This document shows positions 1 through 6,775 of a stretch of 10,215 nt of DNA, piece after piece; positions within the stretch are counted from its first letter, which is position 1; every line of letters begins with the position of its first letter. The translations under genes were made by a program, and so were the position numbers. Source of the stretch: Promethearchaeota archaeon (GTDB taxonomy: Archaea > Asgardarchaeota > Lokiarchaeia > Sigyniarchaeales > SOKP01); assembly GCA_016926735.1 (NCBI GenBank), contig JAFGOA010000236.1, positions 1-10,215 on the forward strand. Direction: 5' to 3'. Under the pieces are notes generated by a model that saw only the letters and a list, made by a program, of their open reading frames with translations, ran no database searches and was not told where the DNA came from.

Positions 1-4
1 AGAA

Positions 5-772
5 ATGGCATCTGAAATTAATAATTTCCAAAACCAATATTCAACTCTTAATATTAAATTTGATGATTATACCAGTAAAATAAGTAACTATGTGAATAAT
101 ATTATTGATTATTTTAACCAAAATAATGAACTGATCAAAAAACAATTAGAAAATTTAGAAAAGAATTATTCTAAGATAATAGAACGATTTAAAGATATTG
201 AAAATAATAATAACAATGTCAATTCACAATTTGATTCTTTAGATACTAAAATAAATGAAATAAAAATGGAAAATAATGATTCCTTCAGTAAATTATCAAA
301 GGATATTACCGGACTTAAAATTATATTAAGTTCTTTAAATGAACAAACGAGTTCAATAATGACAGAATTATATTTGATAAAATCAGAATCGGGAGATCAA
401 GATGAGACAATTACAAGAGAGAATGGGGATTATAAGATTCCCATTTTTAAAATTCCAAATTATAAAGAATTACCTGAAAGAGAAATAAAGAAGAAAGCAG
501 TTATAGATAGTTTATTAAGTCTTAAAAAAGAATTTGATGAAGAAAACACTATAGGGCTCCATTTAAGTAAAGCGATAAATAATACAATTAATATTCTTAC
601 CAATAATCTTACCCCAAGAGGAAAATTAAAAGAATTTCTTAGACCTCTTAATGCAGACGTTAGAAGGTATCAAAATGATTATTTACCCAAGGGATATAAA
701 GATTTAATAAAAGAAGAGATCGATAAGATAATTGAATTTTATAAATCTATAACAGTAATAAAAGAAGATTAA
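5..772 (+). CDS. Hypothetical coiled-coil protein, probably 5'-truncated by the window edge
   Basis: 255-aa ORF whose frame is open to the window edge (GAA precedes the ATG). First ~125 aa are heptad-like and N/K/E/S-rich, followed by a linker and a ~90-aa helical C-terminal domain. No recognisable motif. Confidence 0.7.
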   Translation: MASEINNFQNQYSTLNIKFDDYTSKISNYVNNIIDYFNQNNELIKKQLENLEKNYSKIIERFKDIENNNNNVNSQFDSLDTKINEIKMENNDSFSKLSKDITGLKIILSSLNEQTSSIMTELYLIKSESGDQDETITRENGDYKIPIFKIPNYKELPEREIKKKAVIDSLLSLKKEFDEENTIGLHLSKAINNTINILTNNLTPRGKLKEFLRPLNADVRRYQNDYLPKGYKDLIKEEIDKIIEFYKSITVIKED

Positions 773-842
773 TCTTATCAAAATCCAATATTATTTTTAG
801 AGCAAAGGAAAATTAAAAAAAATTAGAGAGAGTATTAAAAAA

Positions 843-1697
843 TTAAAGAGAAATCTTAATTTGTTCCATTTTCATATAATCATATCCAATGATATGTGGA
901 GCTAATATTTTCTTTTTAATATTTAATATCCCTGAATAGATTAGATCAAATGCAAGATAGGAGGCAGAAAGCCTTACAATTGGTGCTAATGAGCGAAGAG
1001 GTATCTCACCCTTTAACATTTGATTTAAAGTACCTTTTTCCCGATCTATAAATTCAGAAAATCCAGGCAATTTAAGTATCTTTGGGATTAATGAATGATA
1101 TGCCTTTAAAAGAACAGCTTTATCTGAATTTCTTATTTCTTGTATTGATTTATCCTTGGTCTCTAATTCGTAAATAGTCTCATAATCACTATTTTTATTA
1201 GTGAACCACCATGCATATAAATATGGTACTGCCCAAGATTCAATTATAGGAATTTTCTCCTTACGACAATACCTTGTTATTATAATAGATGTTAATGGAT
1301 CATCTAAAGCAAGATTAACTACCTTAACATCTTTTAAAACATCAGAAATATTATTTTCATCAATATTTGTGTATTTTTTAATCATAATACCCGAATTAAT
1401 TTTATATAATAGTTGTTCTAAGACATCAATTTTTCTTTTTCTTAAATCTTGAGTATTACATAATTGTCTATTTAGATTAGATTCTTCAAATATATCATTA
1501 TCACAAATAACTAAATTTTCATTTCCACAACGAACTAATTGTTCTACTACAGACCCCCCTAATCCACCAACGCCTAAAATTGCAATTTTAGTATTTTTAA
1601 TTTTTTCTTGCTCTTCTATAGTTATATACCCAATATTCCTATTGATTTGTTTCCAATAGGGATTAGACCAGTTCTTAATTTTATCTAAATTACTCAT
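843..1697 (-). CDS. ThiF/MoeB/E1-superfamily adenylyltransferase (no CxxC Zn motifs)
   Basis: RNIGYITIEEQEKI N-terminal motif, IAILGVGGLGG nucleotide-binding loop, DNDIFEESNLNRQ signature, downstream K (RKIDV) and ALDD. No CxxC pairs and no Cys in the C-terminal half. Confidence 0.9.
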   Translation of the reverse strand: MSNLDKIKNWSNPYWKQINRNIGYITIEEQEKIKNTKIAILGVGGLGGSVVEQLVRCGNENLVICDNDIFEESNLNRQLCNTQDLRKRKIDVLEQLLYKINSGIMIKKYTNIDENNISDVLKDVKVVNLALDDPLTSIIITRYCRKEKIPIIESWAVPYLYAWWFTNKNSDYETIYELETKDKSIQEIRNSDKAVLLKAYHSLIPKILKLPGFSEFIDREKGTLNQMLKGEIPLRSLAPIVRLSASYLAFDLIYSGILNIKKKILAPHIIGYDYMKMEQIKISL

Positions 1698-1722
1698 TTT
1701 ATTTAACCTTAAATTTATAATT

Positions 1723-2790
1723 TTAATTTAAATTATATTCAAGAATAAGGTGTCTTCTATCTCTTACACCATTCATGTATTTTTTTACAAAATTTATAGC
1801 TTTTTTATTTTCTAAACCGATAGAATTTGTGTAATATTTCATCAATTCTCCTTTTTCAGGATTAATTACATTTGGTAATGTTTCGCCATACATAAAAAAA
1901 GATAATCTTCTACCATGGAATTCTTTATCTATAACAATATGTTCTAAAGAAGCGGAGATTAATCTTCCATATTTATCTTTTAAGAAAGGATTAGGAGCTA
2001 AATGACCACATCCAATAATTCTTCTAGTAGGTTTATGTTTAACAATCCATATTAAAAATTTTTTTTCATAACTAAATAAATAATCAAAAAGAACAAGAAC
2101 ATTTTTTTCTGTATTAGGGGTAATTCTACTATAATTAGGCATATTTTCTTTATGTAATTTTATCATATCATCTAAATAGATGTGTAAATTTTCTCTCGTG
2201 ATATTAATATATTCAAATTCAGAAAAATCATATTGTTTAAACTCAAGTGGATTATATCTTATAACTCTTGTATAGTAATTTTCTTCAACATATTTGATTA
2301 TAAATCCATTTTTAAAGAATGATTTTTGATAAATAGGGGGATTTATAGGTTTACCAGTACAAAGTTGTTTATTACTCCCTTCTTCCATAAAACCAAATCC
2401 GAAAATTACTGCTGGGATATTTAAAGGACCAATGATTTTTTTAAAATTTCTTTTTTTAGCATAGTTCTTTATTCCGTTAATTAATAGATCAATTTTATAT
2501 GGATTATGATCATATGTTCCGAAATAACCAAAAAAAAGAATATCATCATTATCATTAAATAAAATACATATACCTACAACATTATCTCCTCTTTCATTAA
2601 ATATATAATCATTAACTTCTTTTTTTAATAAAATAGCTTTTACTTCATAATTTTTAAAAGTTTTTAAAATATATTCTCTAAATTTGGGTAATATTGGAAT
2701 AAGTGTTCCGATTTGGAGATGATTTAATATTTTATTAAAGTTAGTTTCTAGACTTAATTCGTATTTAGCTTTTGAAGTTAAAACTTGCAT
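1723..2790 (-). CDS. Tandem GNAT-fold acyltransferase, YghO / bacterial ceramide synthase (bCerS)-like
   Basis: Ordered motifs VVGIC, FFGYFG, IIGPLN, GFMEEG, NPPIY..F.KNGF, IIGC...APNP, VIDKEFHGRRL (acyl-CoA motif A-like) and SIGLENKKA...RRHLILE match my recollection of the YghO-like family pattern. Stop lies 25 bp upstream of the ThiF start, so likely co-transcribed. Confidence 0.7.
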   Translation of the reverse strand: MQVLTSKAKYELSLETNFNKILNHLQIGTLIPILPKFREYILKTFKNYEVKAILLKKEVNDYIFNERGDNVVGICILFNDNDDILFFGYFGTYDHNPYKIDLLINGIKNYAKKRNFKKIIGPLNIPAVIFGFGFMEEGSNKQLCTGKPINPPIYQKSFFKNGFIIKYVEENYYTRVIRYNPLEFKQYDFSEFEYINITRENLHIYLDDMIKLHKENMPNYSRITPNTEKNVLVLFDYLFSYEKKFLIWIVKHKPTRRIIGCGHLAPNPFLKDKYGRLISASLEHIVIDKEFHGRRLSFFMYGETLPNVINPEKGELMKYYTNSIGLENKKAINFVKKYMNGVRDRRHLILEYNLN

Positions 2791-2832
2791 ATCTTATACC
2801 TGTAATTAAATAGCATTATAGTCTTAATATTA

Positions 2833-2848
2833 CCTTTATATTTAAAGG
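2833..2848. promoter_or_regulatory. Near-palindrome overlapping a candidate archaeal TATA box for the GNAT-ThiF unit
   Basis: CCTTTATATTTAAAGG is 14/16 self-complementary. The minus strand reads TTTAAATATA about 47 bp upstream of the ATG at 2790. The AT-rich background weakens the call. Confidence 0.35.
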
Positions 2849-2877
2849 AAAAATCATTACTCTTATTTTTTTAAGTT

Positions 2878-2885
2878 CTATTTTT
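2878..2885 (+). repeat. Left target-site duplication (CTATTTTT)
   Basis: Identical 8-mer at 4516-4523; both copies abut the terminal inverted repeats. Confidence 0.8.
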
Positions 2886-2908
2886 GGGTAGGTACAAAAT
2901 TCAGTGAT
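2886..2908 (+). repeat. IS terminal inverted repeat (downstream of transposase)
   Basis: GGGTAGGTACAAAATTCAGTGAT versus the reverse complement of 4493-4515, GATAGGGTACAAAATCCAGTGAT: 18/23 identical, inner 18 bp 17/18. Confidence 0.88.
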
Positions 2909-2939
2909 GCATAAAATCTATCTCCAACCTTTTTTTTCA

Positions 2940-4307
2940 TTAAATTATTGCAAAGTATTGAGTCCATACTCGCTGGTAATTCTCATACCATGTATCAAGA
3001 TTCCTTAACATGCGTTTAAAATGATTTCCCTGCCCTCTAATAGAAGGATCTCTTCCACTTTCTTGAAGAATCATGTGATATCGTCGATATTTGTTGCGAA
3101 AGGATCGAATATACCTTGGAAATGTTCCAAAATTATGTTTGAACACACGATAATCCAGAACGCGTTGAGCTCCTTTTAGAGTCATCATGTTTCGCTTAAA
3201 TGATGGATAATAGGTATATTTCTTATGCTATGATTCTAGCAAATTATTCGTTTTAGGAATGCTTGGATTTCGTTGATAGGGTATAATTTTCGGAAACCAC
3301 CCTTTTAAATTCTTTAAAGCGGTTTGAAGATGGGTTATTTTCTTTCCTTTTAGTCTTATTACCGTTCCTCGGATAATCTCTAATTGAATATATGCATCGG
3401 TCTCATTTTTTGAATCAATGACCTTATAGAATCGCTTTAAGAGCCAACGCCATTGTTCTGGAATAGGTTTTCTCGATTGTGTAGATAATCCACAAAAGGC
3501 TTTTACATGTTTCGATATCATCCATTTTACATGAGTTAAACAGTTCTGCTGGACAATATGGTTAAAACTTCTTGTTTGAAAAAGACCTCCTAAATTAGTG
3601 GTACAATCCTTTACAATACTGTTGATTTTTAAGAAATTATGACAACGAGCTTCCCTAAATAGACTATGTCCTGCCTTTCTTCCCATTGATTCTGAAATAA
3701 GCGCTCCTGGAATAAATTTCGTTACAACATCCACGGTATCTAATGTGTATATTTTCTTTCCTTTCATTCGCATATGAATCTCATCATACCCCCAATGCCC
3801 ACTTGAGGGAATAGGTGTTTCTTGAAGCATTTCTCGTAAAGACTCTGCGACTTCATTGATCCAATTCACGATTGTAGTTTTTGAAATCGTAATTCCAAAA
3901 TCAATTTTAAACACACGCCTAATCTGGGAAGGCATTAGACCTTCCATGTAATGCTGCCGAGCACGTCGTTTATAATTTTCATGATAATTGGCAAATCTTG
4001 GAAATATATCAGAATAATCTGGATGAATCTCACCGCATTGAGGACATCGTTTTCTTTGGATGAGGATTTTGAGTTTTCCTTTTCCATTATCACGAATTAT
4101 TAACCGTTTGTTATGACCATTCTTTACTAAACGAGCCCCACAGTCAAGACAATGTGTTTCCTTTATCCTAACAATATTATCTCTTCCAATATCGAGGGAA
4201 TATAACAATTTGTTATTACATTTATCTTTCTTTTTTTGATTCCTTTTAATTTTTGATATATTTAAGAGAGGAAAATATTTAATAAGACTGGTTTGTTTTA
4301 TTAGCAT
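2940..4307 (-). pseudogene. Transposase interrupted by one in-frame TAG (455 codons if read through)
   Basis: ORFs 3228..4307 and 2940..3188 share a frame: TNNLLES-TAG(3228-3230)-HKKYTYYPSFKRN-MMTLKG. Contains a Zn-ribbon (CLDC...CPQC), an HTH-like segment (ISKTTIVNWI), D175 (GYDE), D234 (VKDC), C256-x2-H259 and E358 (TNNLLE). Confidence 0.85.
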
Positions 4308-4370
4308 GGGAGTTTAATTTCTCCGTTTATTAAGCCTGGTAGCTTTTATATTAACGAAGAAATCACTCCC
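4308..4370 (-). promoter_or_regulatory. Long stem-loop immediately 5' of the transposase start codon
   Basis: Minus-strand RNA: GGGAGU/ACUCCC stem, 12-bp GAUUUCUUCGUU/AACGGAGAAAUU stem, and AAGCU-ACCA-GGCUU apical hairpin. The 3' arm ends at the base before AUG. Confidence 0.7.
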
Positions 4371-4492
4371 TTTAAATATTTCCTTTTTGCTATTGAATAT
4401 CCTATTATAATGTAATCTCAGTTCATGAGATCAAGGATTGATAGATAAGAGTTTTATGAGTCTAAAGCAAAAGGCGACAAAAATATCTTTAA

Positions 4493-4515
4493 ATCACTGG
4501 ATTTTGTACCCTATC
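4493..4515 (-). repeat. IS terminal inverted repeat (upstream of transposase)
   Basis: ATCACTGGATTTTGTACCCTATC, inverted copy of 2886-2908. Confidence 0.88.
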
Positions 4516-4523
4516 CTATTTTT
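4516..4523 (+). repeat. Right target-site duplication (CTATTTTT)
   Basis: Matches 2878-2885. Confidence 0.8.
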
Positions 4524-4588
4524 TTCTTTAAATACTCTCATATTATTTCAAATATAATTATCTATAATAGTTCTAGTTCGATTCCATT

Positions 4589-5803
4589 ATGGTTATAGAA
4601 TATAAGAGTTTAATAACATACCAAGATCTATTCTCTAATTCAACAGATCAGTTTTTAAAACCTTTTAAAAATATTACCGAACATAAATCTTCTGAAGGTT
4701 TTAGTCTTGAGTTCGAAATAATTGATAAAAATCGAAATAAACTAATAAACCCTATTATTGATTTTGCTACATTAGAGGATGCAAAAGCAATTCTAAAAAT
4801 TTATTTAGAAATTTATAAAGGTACATATCCCTATAAAGAGATGGAAAATATTATAGAAATTAGAGCGATGATCCAAAGCCAAAATTATCGTTGGTTATTA
4901 TTTAAAGATCCTATAAATAATAGCATACTTGGATGTTTCACATACCATTTAGATTTTAAAAATAAAAGAGGATATATGAGAGGTTTCAATATAGTACCAA
5001 AATATCAGAAAAAAGTTGATGCAATGAAAGCTTTAATTGGAAGTATGATTAAAATCTGGAGTGAATTTAAAGATAAAATATTAATATGGTATAGTGAAAA
5101 TCGAACAGCTCATACAAGTTCTCAATATTTAGCATATATGTGTGGGATAAAACCTATTGCCATTTTACCCAATAAAGATGTATTCTTTGATAAAATTGAA
5201 TCGGATATTATGCAAATTGCATATAATTTACAAGCACTAAATATGAGAAGAAAAGATATAATGCCTCAAATAATTCCTGAAGTTGTTAATTGTTTTAATT
5301 ATTCCAATCAACGATATGGATTGGGTAAAATTAAAATAAAAAAAAAAGAACTTAGACTTGATTTTAAAAAAATTAAAAATTTGAAAAATAATACATCAAT
5401 TTTGCTTAAAAAAGAAAGATTCAATTATTTTAACGGTAATATCAAATTTACAGAATCAGATAGTCATTTAAAATTTATTTATAATCCTTTAGTTAATAAT
5501 ATTGAAAAAGTGAAATATAAGGTTAATAATGCAGAGGAATTATACATCTTGACATCAAGTCTTCTATATTTTATATTAAAAATGAAAGTGAGATATTGTG
5601 AAGTAATAGTTTCTGCTTATGAACCATTATATCAAAGAATATTCTTTCATTTTGGATTAAAACCAAGAGGTTATATCCCGTGTTGGCATTATAATTCTGT
5701 ATTAAACGTATTTGAGGATACTATAGTTTTTAACTTATTTTATGGAAATCTAATTGATACAAATTTAATTGATCAGGCTAAAGAATTTCTTAAAATGATC
5801 TAA
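4589..5803 (+). CDS. Tandem GNAT-fold protein (putative N-acyltransferase)
   Basis: ATLEDAKAILKIYLEIYKGTYPY (GNAT beta1/alpha1), ILGCF, GFNIVPKYQKK (motif A-like) and YSENRTAHTSSQ...GIKPIAILP. A second degenerate copy reads YCEVIVSAYEPLYQRIFFHFGLKPRGYIP. Confidence 0.7.
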   Translation: MVIEYKSLITYQDLFSNSTDQFLKPFKNITEHKSSEGFSLEFEIIDKNRNKLINPIIDFATLEDAKAILKIYLEIYKGTYPYKEMENIIEIRAMIQSQNYRWLLFKDPINNSILGCFTYHLDFKNKRGYMRGFNIVPKYQKKVDAMKALIGSMIKIWSEFKDKILIWYSENRTAHTSSQYLAYMCGIKPIAILPNKDVFFDKIESDIMQIAYNLQALNMRRKDIMPQIIPEVVNCFNYSNQRYGLGKIKIKKKELRLDFKKIKNLKNNTSILLKKERFNYFNGNIKFTESDSHLKFIYNPLVNNIEKVKYKVNNAEELYILTSSLLYFILKMKVRYCEVIVSAYEPLYQRIFFHFGLKPRGYIPCWHYNSVLNVFEDTIVFNLFYGNLIDTNLIDQAKEFLKMI

Positions 5804-5818
5804 TGAAAATATAAAAAG

Positions 5819-6526
5819 CTACTGAATATAATATTTAGATTGAGAGATAATTTCTAATACTTCAGACTCAGGTACATCATACCAATTTTGATAAGCATCA
5901 GCTACGGCAAATTGCCATACATCTCTGATATTAGGACAAAATATTTTATCAATATGTCCTATTGGTTCAATTTTTTGAATAGTATGTAATGGTGCTGTTG
6001 GAACAGCAATATATATCCTTTTTGGATGATACTTATGAATCATTTGAATAGCCGCTAACATTGTAAAACCAGATGCTAATCCATCATCAATCATAAAAAT
6101 CTCTTTATTTAAAATAGTTTTTTGATAAAATTCTTGTAAATTTTCTGATTTATGATATAATTTTAGTCTATTTTTTATTTCTTTTTTTGTCAATGATATG
6201 CTTTTTTCAATTTGATCTTCACTTAGATGAATTTGCGCTAATAGAGGTTTATTAATTAAAATTGATTCATCTGTAGTAATTGAACCAAAACCTGCTTCAG
6301 TATTATAAGGAATTTTTATTTTACGTACAATCATGATATCATATTTGATGCCAAACTCACTACAGAATCCTTCAGCAACAGGGACTCCTCCATTTGGAAT
6401 AGCAAAGCATAAAAATTCATCTGGAACATCATATAATCTTTCTTTTAAATCTTTATAAGAATCGCAGATTAATTCTGCTAAAATTTCACCTGCTTGATAT
6501 CTCGATTCATATCTTTGAAATTTCAT
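5819..6526 (-). CDS. Type I phosphoribosyltransferase-family protein
   Basis: PRPP-binding loop IFMIDDGLASGFT, plus family motifs R..AG..LA, AIPNGGVPVA, VRKI..P.N.E.GFGSI and IAVPTAP. Confidence 0.9.
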   Translation of the reverse strand: MKFQRYESRYQAGEILAELICDSYKDLKERLYDVPDEFLCFAIPNGGVPVAEGFCSEFGIKYDIMIVRKIKIPYNTEAGFGSITTDESILINKPLLAQIHLSEDQIEKSISLTKKEIKNRLKLYHKSENLQEFYQKTILNKEIFMIDDGLASGFTMLAAIQMIHKYHPKRIYIAVPTAPLHTIQKIEPIGHIDKIFCPNIRDVWQFAVADAYQNWYDVPESEVLEIISQSKYYIQ

Positions 6527-6759
6527 GCTAATAAATAGAGAAGATATTTTAGTATTTTAAAATAACATGTAAATAGTTATTATATTTGGAATAATATATG
6601 CTTAAAAATAACGTTGTTATACATAAATGTGGTGTTAAGAAAGATGAAAGAATAATTAATACAACAAAATATTTATTTTTTTTAATTTATTTTTCAATAA
6701 TAATTCTCTACTTTTATTTATTGAATATATGAAGTGATATATAATTTTACTCTCAATTG

Positions 6760-6775
6760 AAAAAAGAAAAAAAAA
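6760..6775 (-). terminator. Archaeal-type oligo-T terminator after the caspase-like gene
   Basis: Minus strand reads T9-C-T6 immediately after the TAA stop at 6776-6778. Confidence 0.55.

Larger units (their letters stand above)
2886..4515 (-). mobile_element. Insertion sequence (~1630 bp), DDE transposase of the Mutator-like / IS256-ISH6-related class
   Basis: TIRs at 2886-2908 and 4493-4515, flanking 8-bp direct repeat CTATTTTT, a single transposase frame, and visibly higher GC than the flanks. An alternative end at 4516 with a 7-bp TSD (TATTTTT) is also possible. Confidence 0.9.

Noticed and set aside
1201-1452. 83-aa plus-strand ORF from the track
   Set aside because: Lies wholly antisense to the well-supported ThiF gene, has a GTG start and shows no motif; shadow ORF.
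843-1697. ThiF as E1 of a ubiquitin-like, CBASS or Bil-type defence system
   Set aside because: No E2, JAB, Ubl or cyclase gene nearby, and no catalytic Cys or Zn motifs.
2940-3188. 82-aa ORF as an independent gene
   Set aside because: In frame with the transposase and separated only by one TAG plus 13 sense codons; it is the transposase C-terminus.
4415-4431. ATCTCA-N5-TGAGAT palindrome inside the IS leader
   Set aside because: 6-bp arms only; insufficient support without sister copies.
5819-5821. Genome-wide TAG reassignment
   Set aside because: The PRTase ends at this TAG where the family normally ends, readthrough would overlap the convergent gene, and no other gene in the window needs TAG readthrough.
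6559-6620. Two short ATAAC...GTTAT inverted repeats upstream of the PRTase gene
   Set aside because: Arms are only 5-6 bp with different spacers in extremely AT-rich DNA; not distinguishable from chance.
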